Shown piece by piece: positions 19,251 to 32,651 of a stretch of DNA of 64,000 nucleotides. Position 1 is the stretch's first letter. Every line of letters starts with the position of its first letter. The stretch is from Eledone cirrhosa (Eukaryota). Below the pieces are notes generated by a model. It did not search any database. It was not told where the DNA came from and worked only from the letters and a program-made list of their open reading frames with translations. The DNA is taken from contig OZ024741.1 of the NCBI GenBank assembly GCA_964016885.1, positions 110,794,001 through 110,858,000 on the forward strand, in the 5' to 3' direction. A program made the translations under genes and the position numbers.

Positions 19251-21604
19251 TTTGTAGTATTACAATAAAATTCACCCAGTAGATTCTGTAAAATGGTTGG
19301 CATTAATTAGGAATGACATTCAGCCAAAGAGTTTACTTATGAGAACTGGTCACATCCTCATAGAAGATTACAGTAACATTAACCAAGGACTGATACAAAC
19401 CAGGACAAGACATCCAACAGGTGTCAGTATGTGAAGCAGGTGTAAACTGATGGTAATGGTGTTGATAGAAGATAGAACTATGGTTGCATGGTTCTGAAAA
19501 TTTGCTTGTTCCACATGACTTACCAGAACAAGTATTACTAAAACCAAATACTCTTCATACTTTTAACTTCTCATTTGAGATTACCATCTGACATCCACAT
19601 CCTAGTTCCTATTTTCTGGGTTTTTTTCTCAATAAGGTTTGCTGAGGCTAAAAGACAGTCAGTGTGTGGTTTGGAAATCATACACCTCTGTTCAGTAGCA
19701 TAAGTCCTTCCCCTTCCACACACTCACCATAATATGTACCTAACCCATTCCCACCCCTATACCTTTTTTGTGTATTATATCCAATAAGGTTTATAAGGTT
19801 TAAGAGACAATGTGTGGGGCAAAACTCCTATACCCCCACTCAATAAGTGCTGCTCCACCTCCCACATAACCATACCCACCTAGCCCCAATCACTGCCACT
19901 CTATATTCCAGTATTTCACTGTTTCATGACGACAGTAGGTCTATTTATGTAGGATATCAGTGGTATGAATGCCTTTAGACATTAATATGACTGTTTTATA
20001 AATACCCCCCCCCCACACACGCACACATACACACATATATATATATATACATATACTAATACTGTGTAGACATACATATGCATATATGTATACATACAAA
20101 CACACTCACACTGTGTAGACACACATAGACACATATATATATACACACTCACACATACATTTCTACACCCACACATCCGTATAAACTACCACATGTGGTT
20201 GTTATTAAAATACCTAAGTTATATTTCTTTTCTACTAAAGACCGTGTTTTTCAGTCTTTCTGATTTTCCATAGCAGTCTAATATTTCTTTCATCTCCTCT
20301 CCCTCTCTATGGAAATCCTCTTCTTTTTATGGATAAAACTAAAGACATATATATATACCTCTTAAATCCACAACTCCTGATGGAGTTGTAGGGGTGCTGT
20401 GGTGACAGTGTTTCTGGGGAATTTTAAACCTGGTGGAGCCCATCACCTTTCTTGGTCTCAACTCAGCCAATTTCTTTCAGAGATAAAGTGATGGAGAGGA
20501 AGTAAGAAAGATATAAAGGAAGAATGATCCTGAGTACTGGACTGTTTCTTTATTTAGCGACTTACAAGGATGACAGGCAAAGTTGACTTCAGTGGGAGTG
20601 TAGAGAACCAAAAGGAATACCACAAAGTCCCACACTATAGTGGTCATGTAGGTGTCATGACAAAACCAAGCGCTTTGTCTACACTGTAAAGTGGTCGTGT
20701 AGGTATCGCAACAAAAAGCACCCAGTCCACACTGTATAGTGGTCGCGTAGGCAACACTTCAAAAAGCACCCAGCACGCATTGTAAATGTGGTTGGCGTTA
20801 GAAAGGGCATTCAGCCGTAGAAACCAAGCCAAAATCAGTCCTGTGTGAGCGAATCACAGTCCCCCGACCTGATCTCTCACAAAGGAACAGCCTGTTCTAC
20901 CCATACTAGCATGGAAAATGGACATGAAATAATGATGATGTTGATTCTATCCATCATTCTAACGACTCTGTTAATTCACCAAAAGACATTTATACTATAT
21001 TGTATTAATGTTAATCTATAGTCTAGTACATAAACCACTACAGCCATCACTTGCAATTGAGTATGTACCATGCTTTTGCTATGGGTTTTATGTGTCCATG
21101 CAGACACAGTCATCCTCTTGGCCCTCTCTCTTTTGATTCAGTGGAACATTCAGTTTGTGTCTAAGTGGATAAGTTTAGTAGTGTTTTGTTTAGGTTAACA
21201 GTTGCAGTTATGAAAGGAAAGTAGGTTCTATTGTCTCTACATGTAATGTTTATACCAATAATACTTTCAATCTAAATTTTGATAATGTCTACCTCTGTTT
21301 CTTTAAACAACACTTACTCTATGTATTCATATATGTGTCGAAATATGTGACAAAAAACGACAAAACAATCGTAAAATGGGGGTTGGTTTTTATTCGAGGT
21401 CAATATTTTACTTATTTTCACCAACTTCAAAATTCTATGTAAATGAGGGGTTAAAATATTTTCCCTTTGGAGGTGAATATTACACTGGTGTCACATTCGC
21501 TGTAAAGTTTGTATTTTGTATTGTTTTTGATATTTTAAATGAATATGCCTTCAAAACAGTCAGAAATTGTAATGGAGTTGTAGAAGAAAAACTCTACTCT
21601 AAAT

Positions 21605-22134
21605 CAGTGGTCACCAACTGGTGGTCTGTGGACCACTAGTGGTCTGCAGAAAAATGAGGACATTATTTGCAATTTTTATATTTTATTAATAATTGCTTCT
21701 ACTTTTGGCACAAGGCCAGCAATTACCCAGTGCATTACTGGTACTTTATTTTATCGACCCCATAAGGATGAAAGGCAAATTTAACCTCGGCGGGATTTGA
21801 ACTCAGAATGGCAAGGGCCGTAACTCTATGCGTCAAAGCATGGCGTCCGACCCTCTACCAATACTGCCAGTCCACCGTCATGTTTTATTAATAATAAAAC
21901 AAAAATAATATTCAGTTAAAATGTATTTTATAATCTCCCTAAAAAATGTTTATTGTCAGTAAAGAACTAACATCCATTAAAGAATTTTACACATATGTAT
22001 CATCTATTGACAATATGACAAACGTACGCTTCAGTATTGTTTTGACCATTGACCATTAATTCATATTAGTGGTCCACAGGATTTAAAATTATGAATTTAG
22101 TGGTCTATAAGGTACAAAAAGTTGGCGACTGCTG
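21605..22134. mobile_element. Non-autonomous hAT (Charlie-like) DNA transposon with 8-bp TSD
   Basis: Imperfect TIRs CAGTGGTCACCAAC / GTTGGCGACTGCTG; exact TSD CTCTAAAT at 21597-21604 and 22135-22142. Confidence 0.85.
21694..21882 (-). mobile_element. tRNA-derived SINE (Meta-domain-like) nested in the hAT element
   Basis: The reverse complement contains GAGTTCAAATCC (B-box) and TTTGCCTTTCATCCTTATGGGGTCGATAAAATAAAGTACCAG. 13-bp TSD TTTTATTAATAAT at 21681 and 21883. Confidence 0.8.
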
Positions 22135-24241
22135 CTCTAAATGACACTTAAAACATTTTAAATATCAAAATATTAAAACTTCATGAGAATTTGAAAACTG
22201 CACCATCTAAACATAATGTGTTGATTAATATTTATATATATGCTCTGTGAAATTATAACACTACTACAATTGGAATTTAACCATTAGAGACTGTTTACAT
22301 TTTTTTTTTTTTTTTTTTTTTGTGGTGGAGAGTAAAATCACATGGAGCTTTAAAACATCCTTGGCCATATATTATTGTATTTTCAACTTTGTCAGCCAAT
22401 GTTCATAAGCATAAATGATATAAGCTTTTAGCTTATTTTCAACTTAACATCCAAGGGGAGTTAGCCCCTCTGGTAATGGGTAAAAAACAGAAACAGTGCC
22501 ATTAAGGTTCTCTCCTTTGGTTGCTAAGATAGTGATGAATAAATCTCCACTAAAATTCAGAGACTACAAAAATGTTTATTTATACAAACATTTAGTATAT
22601 AATTCAATATACATGCCCTTCATAACACCAACCATACACACTCACTCACTCACTCACTCACTCACTCACTCACTCACTCACTCACGATCATTGCCAAGGT
22701 GACATACCTTCTCCCTCGCCTCATACTGGGACTCAAATAAACCAAAAACACCCTTTTAACGCAGTGTAATTATTGTATTGACAGATTTACATATGAAAAT
22801 GTTAATGCCCTCACAATTTCATCAATTGAAACAGCCAATACCCTCCTAGTTTAGCACACAAAAATTCACATCTCAGCTGGTACAGTACTGTTTCAAATTC
22901 CATGGAGAATCCGCTGGTCATCGATTAATAATACATCCATAACCACCAAATTCCAGACAAGAGAATTCTCATCAGCCAGCAATATATATATATATATTAC
23001 TGTCGGACTGTTGTGTTGGTTTTCCTGGCTGCGGGACCGGCCTCCTGGTGCATAAGCCTATCTTGAGTGCTTGGAAAAATAAATTTCCCCTTCTTTCGGT
23101 AAATGAAATAACTCGGAGCGGCTTGATTCGCCCTAGCGCCCGCCGCGCAGCCGTTTTTTGACCGCCATATAGTACCTTTAAATTCTAGGTCTAATCATAA
23201 CTATTAGCCATATTATGCCTCCCTCTACTTAAACAAATCCCCCTCCTGTGTAAATTAATAGTACTCGTTTAGTATAACGATGGCCTAATGACGATGGCTG
23301 ACTTCCCACTAGCACACCTGAAGCCTGGAATACATTCCTAGAGTGCTTGGAAAAATTGATTTCCATATCTTTCGCTAGGCGATCTCACTCGGAATGACTG
23401 ACATGTGGTTAGGATGGGCTGGCCGGAGTCTGCAGTCGCCGCATGCTGTTTGACTGCTAAACAAGGACATAATCTTTACTCTACATCCCACTCGGATAAC
23501 TTATAGAGGATCTCTATAATACAATTAAAGTTTCTTCATAAAAGACTCTTTCTTTAACTAGCACAGTATAAGCTTTAGCCCCCTCACCAGATAGCCTTAA
23601 GTAGGCCGAATGGGCAGCACTTGAGTGCGACCGGCTAAAGTGGAAGATGCTAGATGGTCGGTCGTCCTCGGGTCTATGATTTTCAGCCCCATGGATTTTA
23701 TGTTACATTCATTTATTATATTTCGAATACCTGATGATATCACCGGATTCATACGGAACCCGGTCATTGAAATGATCATAGTATAATAAACCTTTCAAGG
23801 ATTTACACAAGTTCAGCCTTCTGTCATTTTATTATAATATTTAACTCCGTACTCACACCACCAACTATACAAATGAAGACGGTTGAGCTGCTTTACGTTG
23901 AGTACTCTCCATATTATTACATCAAGATTGACCATACGGAATTGTCCAGTGGTGAACCTTCCAACCTAAATAAATATATATTACTTAAAATAGATTGATG
24001 TTGCTTGTGAGATTAATCAGACACCATCATGAAACTTAGTACCTATGAAAACATGCTTAGTTGCCATGTATTTTAAGTACCTCTAATGTTTACCTATGGA
24101 AGGCTCAATCTTTCATAACTACTATTCACAGACAACTATAGATATATATCTGTGTGTGTGTATTACTGACCACCTTAACAGAGCTATATACTCCATCTCT
24201 CTCCTTTTACCTTTCCCCCTTACTCCCCCTCTCTTGTCTAG

Positions 24242-24354
24242 TGAAGATGGTAAAAAGAGCCATGATTCCTTATTGTCTGAGAGATGCTTGAGTGGTGTCA
24301 GTAGAGGACCTCCTTCTACTAACTACTTGTTACCACTTGATGATAGGAGTGGTG
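24242..24354 (+). CDS. Candidate upstream exon of the host gene (weak)
   Basis: Long polypyrimidine tract ending in TAG, open frame EDGKKSHDSLLSERCLSGVSRGPPSTNYLLPLDDRSG, donor G|GTCAGC. Its phase-1 exit fits exon 51797. No homology support. Confidence 0.2.
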
Positions 24355-24571
24355 GTCAGCTACTGTTTTCAGTAGGAGGGGGGGGGGGGGACTGACACAC
24401 ATACACAGTGACACACACACACACACATACTGACACAGACACACAGATATACACACCTACAGACACAGACAGACAGCCATGTAGAACAAGGCCATCTATA
24501 ACCATGGTAACATTCTTGCACTGGTCTTTAAATCAGCTTACGTCTGTCTTTCTATTTCTAGGAATCCATGC

Positions 24572-24615
<44 letters not shown>

Positions 24616-24824
24616 CATGTGTGTGCCATGTGTGTCGTGTGTATATATATTTGTATGACTGTGTGTACATGCATATATCTATACGTAATTACACCTATCC
24701 ATACATGAGCACTTACACATGCATACACCCACCCACATGTAAACATACTTACATAGACACACACATGTATAGATGTATATATGTATATATATATAGCCGT
24801 CGGGGTCCTGACTCTTCACATATA

Positions 24825-24861
<37 letters not shown>

Positions 24862-25812
24862 ACATTGCCCAACAAAGAACATATGAAGTAGCAATGTTTC
24901 AATGTATTACTATTACTACTACCATTACAACCACCACTGCTAAACATAACAGCCATTGCTTGCAGAATGTGTCATGGCAATAGCAACAGCAAATTGTTGA
25001 TCCTACTTCCACCACAACAATCACTACTACTACCACCACCATTGCCATTACTACAACCACCACCATCATTACTACTACCACTACTATTACTGTTGCTCCT
25101 CATGTTGTTTCAGGTGGAATGTTATTTTGTAACAAAGTAACAGCTGATTTTGGTTTGAGAGGAGAGGAGAGGGAGAGTGGTGGTGAGAGAGAAGCTAGTG
25201 ACAGAGAGAAAGAGTGAGTGGGAGGGCTTGGGAGAGGGAGGGTTTGTGATAGAGAGAGTGAGAGGACCAGAGATAAAGAGAGAGAGAAGGGGACAGCGAA
25301 AGAGAGAGTGATGAAAAAGTTTCATCTTCACCTCCCAGACTAAATCTTTGATAAATATGTGATATTGTCTTATCTATGTTCTCTCTCACAAACTAACCCC
25401 AGATAGGCAGTAATGGTTTACTACTGTATTGGTCAGTATTAGTGATGATGATGATGATGGCAATAGTGATGTTGGTGATGGTGGTAGTAATGACAATGAT
25501 GGTGATGTTGATGACAATAGTATTGATGATGATAGCAATACTAGTGATGATGATTGCTATATATTTAGCCCACATTGTGTGCATCTGTTGTTGGTTGTAA
25601 AAGTACACCATTGCATTGTTACATTACTATAGGTTATTTATTTAATTAAGTAATACTTACCAAACTATATATGGTACTGTAATATTTCCACAGTGCCTCA
25701 CCACTATTTATCTATACACTTGCCAATGAAGATGATTCCTTTTATGTGACTGCTAGAGATAAGTCAAATTCCTTTAATCACACCATACCATCATAAAAAA
25801 TGGAAAAACACA

Positions 25813-26144
25813 TTAACCCTTTAGAATTTAAACTGGCCATATCTGGCCAGAATTATCTCACTTTGTTCAAACCGGCTGTAACTAGCCACCCATACTGATG
25901 TTAAGGTATTGTTCTCAAAATAAATATCAAAATCTCATAGATTCGATATTATGTGAGATAATTACCATGAAAATATAATAGTAAATATTAAAGGGTTAAA
26001 TATTGTTCAAACCGGCTGTAACTAGCCACCCATACTGATGTTAAGGTATTGTTCTCAAAATAAATATCAAAATCTCATATATTCGATATTATGTGAGGTA
26101 AAGCCTTTACCATGAAAATATAATAGTAAACATTAAAGGGTTAA
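25813..26144 (+). mobile_element. piggyBac-like TTAA MITE with tandem partial duplication
   Basis: TTAACCCTTTAG...TAAAGGGTTAA termini; the segment from ~25864 is repeated at ~26003-26144. Confidence 0.75.
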
Positions 26145-27543
26145 ATATTGTAGTCTTTGTTCTCCCAAACTAAGAAATGGCCATGATTGGACTGCTTCAT
26201 AGTTTTGTTCCATCATGACTGACTGTTATATTAGTAACAACTGTTAACCAATACTACATTACTGTGAACTAATTTAACTAAACATTTAACCCTTTTCCAC
26301 CAACTTCCCATTGAAAGCTGCTGTCTGTGAGTTTAGATTAATTTCAAGGCTAATCACGAATTTGGAGTTATTTTTAGTCAAGTGAATTTCATTTATTGAT
26401 ATAAATTAAATTTGTGTTTGGAACTTGATTAGTTTCTGATAAATAAATTATATATAATTATATATAATTTATAAATGAATACTTTGAAACAGTGAAGGCG
26501 CAGTGGTTAGAGAGTTGGATTCACAATCGTGAGGTTGTGGGTTTGATTCTCAGACCAGGCAGTGCATTGTGTCCTTCAGCAAGATACTTTATTTCACATT
26601 GCTCCAGTTGACTTAGAAATGAGTTATGGTGTCATTGGTGGCAAGGAGAGGGGTGACTGGCATGCATGGGTATTTGCTGGTCTTCTACAAAAACACCTTG
26701 CTAGGCTCATGCCCCCAGAGGAGATCTTTCTAGGTGCAAAACCCATGGTTATTCATGATCTAAAGAGGTTTTTATCTTTATCTACTTTGAAACAGGGAGA
26801 TTTGTATGATAGCTCTGGGCTCAAGTAGATTGGTATGAAAAGGGTTACTATTGTATCACATTAAGGCTTATAATTAATTCATTTGTATCCTGTAGAACGG
26901 GTTGGCAAATGTTTTTGGAGGTGGGCTGGATTGAAAATGTTTTTTATATTTTGTGGGTCATGGCAAATAAAAAATATTACCACGATAATCAAACATTTAG
27001 TAAAGTAAATTTTAGGAAAGCTGGTACAATATCAGACAGAAATATAAAGATGGAACTGGGGTAAAAAGGTTGACAAAATGAAAGAAAATAATGTCTTTAC
27101 TCTATATATTTCATTATATTTCAAGACCCTCTTTTCAAATGATGAATGCAGAAAACAGAATATTTCATTCCCTTTATTATTTATTACATATCTCACAATG
27201 CTTCATATTATACCATTTCTTTCTATTTTCTTTTATTGTTATCAGTCCTTCTTGATGATTCAAGTAAACTTTATTGTGGCAGTGTACAAGACACTATTAA
27301 TCTCTGTGTCACTTAGGAAAGTGAAAACATGTATTGCTAAACTCTTAATGTCCTGCACCACATTAGCAAGACATTCTTCAAAAGTAGAAAACAGCACTAT
27401 GACTGAATCACATTAAAAATTAAAGTCTTTACTCTAATGTTGCAAATTTTCACAATCATCTGTCTACTAGTAAATATACTATAAACATTTGATATAACTG
27501 TCAGTAAAGATACTATAATCTTGTAAAGATACTATAAACACTT

Positions 27544-27758
27544 TAGCCCTTTAGCATTTAAACCGGCTGTATCCGACCAGAATTCTCTCACCTCTTTCTG
27601 TTCAAACTGGCTGTAACTGGCTGCTCATACTGATGTTAAGGTATTGTTCTCAAGATAAATAACATCAAAACCTCATAGATTCGATATTATGTGAGATAAA
27701 GCATTTCCCATGAAAATATAATAGTATATATAGAGTAATGTAAATACTAAAGAGTTAA
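27544..27758 (+). mobile_element. piggyBac-like TTAA MITE, same family
   Basis: Same body (AAACCGGC...GATGTTAAGGTATTGTTCTC...GATATTATGTGAG) with degenerate TIRs. Confidence 0.7.
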
Positions 27759-28122
27759 TTAACTGCTAAATCATTATAGGATGTTAATAATTGATATAAA
27801 ACATTGATTCATTTGAGGCCACTACAAATATAAAACTGTTTTTTTTTTTTTTAATAATGAGTTTTTGTTCACTAACCAAAGATTCAGTAGGAAATCAAAG
27901 AATGTTTGTATGCAACATCACGTAGTCATTGAAATCTGCAAGTCAGATGAAATGAAAATGTGGGCTATAGTTGACCAAACTCTGCCATAGTGTATAAGGG
28001 ATTGGACAGGGCTATGGGTTATGAACCTTCATAGACTAATTCAAAATCTAGATAATAAGACAAATGTCAACAGCTTAGTCAAGTATAAACACATACAAAA
28101 GTTTGAATTAAATTTCCTGTCG

Positions 28123-28152
28123 CAGGGTGTATCAAAATGAATCATCTGGTTT

Positions 28153-28209
<57 letters not shown>

Positions 28210-28236
28210 CCGAATGATTCTTTTTGATACACCCTG
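28123..28236. mobile_element. Tiny Tc1/mariner-like MITE enclosing a microsatellite
   Basis: TIRs CAGGGTGTATCAAAA / TTTTGATACACCCTG, followed by TA on the right. Confidence 0.6.
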
Positions 28237-29109
28237 TATATAATTTGGTTTACTGTTCTATTTCATTACCATGTTTCTAATAAAATAGAATGACTATATA
28301 TTACAATTGATTTTGAAATAGATTTTTTTGTGTGTGAGTCTCACATGATGGAATGGTTCTTCCAAGTGCATCTCCCTTACCTTCCTCCAAGGAAACGTCT
28401 TCTCCATTCTGTCCGCCAGGGCCATGGGGCAGCCAGCACATGCTCATAATAGAGAGAGATGGAGGCGATGACAGTGGGAGTTCGGCTCTTCTGTGTTTGG
28501 ACCTAGTGTGCAGCGTCAGTTGTCCATAAGGAAGTAGTAATTCATAATTACTTATAACTAGTCTTATGTTATTGTTATGACCAATGTTAGCGATAAGGCT
28601 ATGACAGTTGACATCGCTGTCTTACCCACCTATATATTTAAATCTCTGTGTCTCTCAATATATTTCGATATGATTATAGACATGTATAACAGATTTCTCT
28701 TTAGTGACATGACTTTTCTCTCTCTCTCTCTCTCTCTAAACGCTGCCCTGTATAAACACATTTGTTAAAATCTATCACTTCACGTGTCTTTCTAATGAAA
28801 TACTGTTTCAATTAAGTTTGAAAATAATCAAAATTTCTAATTATTAACCCTTTCATTAGCATATTTCTAATGAAAGATACTGACTGTGTTTAAATTAATT
28901 TTGAAAATAATCAAGAATTTGGTAGAATAACTAATTTTTTCATTATTAAGGTGATGTTTGGAGCACTTTTTAACAAAATGTTCTGATAGAAGATTATTAT
29001 GAAAGGTTTTAGTATAAGTATGAGTACTTTAAAACAAGCAGTTCTGGATTATAAGGCAAGGGACAGTTTCTGGCAGGTTGGTATCAAGAGTTAACAACAA
29101 ATACATGTC

Positions 29110-29362
29110 ATTCCATGTCACAACAGCACTGCTACTCCATGTCACAACTGCAACAATTGCTACTCCATGTTTCACCATGTCACAACAAAAACAACCGCTA
29201 CTTCGTGTCACTCCATGTCACAACTGCTAATTCATGTCACTCCATGTTACAACTGCTAATTCATGTCACTCCATGTTACAACTGCTAATTCATGTCACTC
29301 CATGTTACAACTGATAATTCATGTCGCTCCATGTTACAACTGCTAATCCATGTCACTCCACA
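29110..29362. repeat. 24-bp minisatellite (CATGTCACTCCATGTTACAACTGCTAATT-like)
   Basis: About five near-identical units at 29205-29360 plus degenerate upstream units. The unit is roughly 29 bp in the best-conserved part and shorter upstream. Confidence 0.8.
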
Positions 29363-29640
29363 TGATGAAGGTGGATAAGCTGTGGCTTGGTAGCCAGCTT
29401 CTGAGTAATGGTCGGACGCGGTTTCTGGACCCACTGACATCACATTTTCCCCCAGGAAAATCATAAAAATTCAACATCTTATAGATGAGCATTTGTGCAA
29501 TAGTCCGTGGTTCCCAACCTTCAGCAATGAGGATAGGAAGAGACGAAACCAGACCAGATTTATCATAGTTGACAATCAGTAGCAATATTTCATATTTTAA
29601 TCATAATATGCATAATTCTCTCTCTCTCTCACTATCTCTC

Positions 29641-29970
29641 TGATTTCATTTTACGTCCGCTTTTTCCCTGCTTGCAAGGGTGGGACGGGAACTGATTCTG
29701 GCTTGATTTCTACAGCTGGATGCCCTTCCTAACACCAACCTCATTTACAATGAGTGCTGGGTGCTTTTTTGCCGTGGCACTAACACGACCACTTTGCAGT
29801 GGAATGATAGGGACCCCAGTCCCTATCATTTCATTTCTACAGCTGAGTAAACTGGAGCAATGTGAAATAAAGTGTCTTGCTCAAGGAAACAACACATCAC
29901 CCGGTCTGAGAATTGAACTCACAACCTTTTGATTGCAAGGCCAATGCTCTAACCACTAAGCCATGTACCC
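29641..29970 (-). mobile_element. Full-length tRNA/CORE-like SINE with RTE-type tail
   Basis: Near-identical reverse complement of 63015-63355. Confidence 0.9.
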
Positions 29971-29985
29971 CATCCATATATATAT

Positions 29986-30270
29986 GCATCACATGTCCAT
30001 ACCAACACATCCGCCTCTCCTGCACACAGCATTTAAGAGGAATCAAATGCTGTGTGCAGGAGAGGCGGATGCGTTGGTATGGACATGTGATGCTTATGAA
30101 GGATGACAGCTGCATAAAAAGGTGCAGAGCACTAGAAGTCGATGGAAACCGCAGAGTGGGGAGACCCAAGATGACCTGGGATGAGGTGATAAAAGCCGAC
30201 CTTACCCAATTACACCTCTCAAAGGCGATGACACACGACCGTGACCTCTGGCGTCACGCAGTAATACAAA
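29986..30270 (+). mobile_element. RTE LINE 3' ORF fragment with 5' fold-back
   Basis: Peptide RGIKCCVQERRMRWYGHVM...GRPKMTWDEVIKADL is homologous to the C-terminus of the 43067 ORF; 49-bp inverted repeat at its 5' end. Confidence 0.85.
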
Positions 30271-31329
30271 GTACAGGTGGTGGTGGTGGTGGATATAGAT
30301 ATGTATATATATATGAAAAGGGAGTAAGGATCTATACAAAACAGAGGTTATAGCACAAAAAATATATTTAAAAGATCTGTTTTTCTTTGATTTGTCAAAG
30401 TGACATTATTGAAAAGAATGAGAGCAACAATTTTTAAAAAAAGGAGTTTTATAATGTATATAAAATATAACCGGTTTCGATGTATCAGTGTAATCCATCT
30501 TATCAAATGTTGAATATTACAATAAAAAAGAATTAATAATTTAAAATTAAGTGTTGAAGAAGGTCTGTTCATCTTTCTTGTTGAGATGATTGGGTCTAAA
30601 ATGGAACCTTATGTATAAGGAAAATTTGAAACAGAAAATTTGTTCCCGTACATTTTGTATTAAGTCACATATCACACTTTCATGGATATTCATTTTGATG
30701 GGGAAGAAATAAATAACAGCCTATCAGCTTTATTGCAGATTAGCATTATAACTGGTGGAACTCACTCCCAATCCCATCTCATTTTTGACCCATTGTGCCT
30801 CTCCCTGAGGACATAGTGGTATTTTAGAGTCCTTGAATTTGAGACCTCTGATCTAGGAATTGAACTAATGAACACAGTCAGTCTCTCTTTGAGTAATATG
30901 ACTTCATTAGATATCTCTATTTCTGATTCAATAGGTCACTGAAGTTATAGCCTGAATAAGGTCACCTACATATTTTGGGTCAATTGAGTAACTAGTTTAA
31001 ACCACAGAAATCCTTTCTTCCACTTTCTCCTCCATTTGCCGTCAATTAGCTAAACTGACCTCATTTGGTATCTAATTCGGACAAAATGTAGGATAGTATC
31101 TGTAGTAAAATGGACTGGACTTGATCTCACTTCCTCCTCACCTACTTGTTTTTTACATTCCTTACATATGTCCACCGGAAAATTGTTCCTGTTTGTGGAT
31201 GGTTGGGAGAGGAGGAGAGGGGTTGGTTCCATTGAAATTATGCAAAGAAAATGGTTGACAGTTGCTCTATTACCCAACCTAAACTATACAACAATTCTGT
31301 TTCCTCTACACCACCATACATTTCTCCAC

Positions 31330-31718
31330 CATCACCCCCTTCACACTGCTACTACCATACACTTCACCACCTACACCACACCACCTACACCACTACCACA
31401 ATCGCAGACCATATACACCACCACCACAATAACCTACCATATATACCACCACTACCACAATCACAAACATCACCACCACAATCACCAACCACATACAGCA
31501 GCACCACAATAACCTACCATATATACCACCACCACCACCACTACCACAATCACCACCACCACCACCACCCACACTACCACCACAATCACCCACACTACCA
31601 CCACAATCACCCACACCACCACCACCACAATCACCCACACCACCACCACAATCACCCACACCACCACCACAATCACCCACACCACCAACACCACCACAAT
31701 CACCACCACCACCACCCA
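31330..31718. repeat. (CAC/CCA)n-rich low-complexity tandem repeat
   Basis: Read directly; includes CACCACCACAATCACCCA units. Confidence 0.9.
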
Positions 31719-32062
31719 CTCCCTCTGTCTATTTCTTCAACTGTGGAAACTGATCTCAATAAATCTTAACATTCAACTTTGCTTCCAAGAGTGAGTTGGT
31801 AGGTGAGAGAAATAGACATCTGTTTGTGTGGGTGGGGTGAGTGAGGTAGCTGTGTGTGTGTGTGTAGTGATACATGAGATTATATATAAAATTTCAATGG
31901 CTGCAAAATAAATAACTTTGGTATCTTCAAAATATCGCACTAGTGTGCGTATGTATGTATATGCATATATGTATATATATATGTATGTATGTGTATATGT
32001 ATGTATATATATGTATGTATGTGTATATGTATATATATATGTATGTTATGTATATATATGTA

Positions 32063-32100
<38 letters not shown>

Positions 32101-32250
32101 CAGTATTTTCCGTTGTGTTGTAATATAAATATTACACACAGTAGTTTATCAGCTCACGTAGAGTTTGCTCGACGGTTCCAGTTGTAGTTCCAAAAGTAAT
32201 CCGGAGAAAAATAGAAAGATTTGAATGGATACAGTTTAGTTGAAAGGAAT

Positions 32251-32367
32251 TTATTGACACGTGTTTCTATAACAGTTACATAACCTAAAACAGCTATCTA
32301 CAAACTTTTAGTTATGCAGACATTCAATATTTCAATGTTATTATTTACTGTCATTTCATCAGAATAA
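32251..32367 (-). ncRNA. Antisense copy of the same hammerhead motif in the inverted pLTR
   Basis: Reverse complement of 34950-35066. Confidence 0.68.
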
Positions 32368-32651
32368 TATTACTGAGGACCTGTTTAGTTTTTATAGAGA
32401 ATATTAGGAGGGAGGGGGTGAAGTTGTTAGAAGAATAGTTGAAGGAGTGGTTTTTCGATAGCAGTGAGAATTCTTGGTGGCAGTGAGTAATTAGATTCCC
32501 ATCTGTTGTTTTGACATTTTTTATAGAATATATTATTGGTTATTTTTCTAAATCTATAGAAGGATTAGAGATAGTAAAGATATGCGTGGTTGGTTTTGTG
32601 TTTGCACTTAATTAACATTCAGACTTAAATTTTTCTTTCAAGTGTACGTAT

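Noticed and set aside
31168-31769. His-, Gly- or Val-rich ORFs
   Set aside because: They are products of a (CAC)n low-complexity tract.
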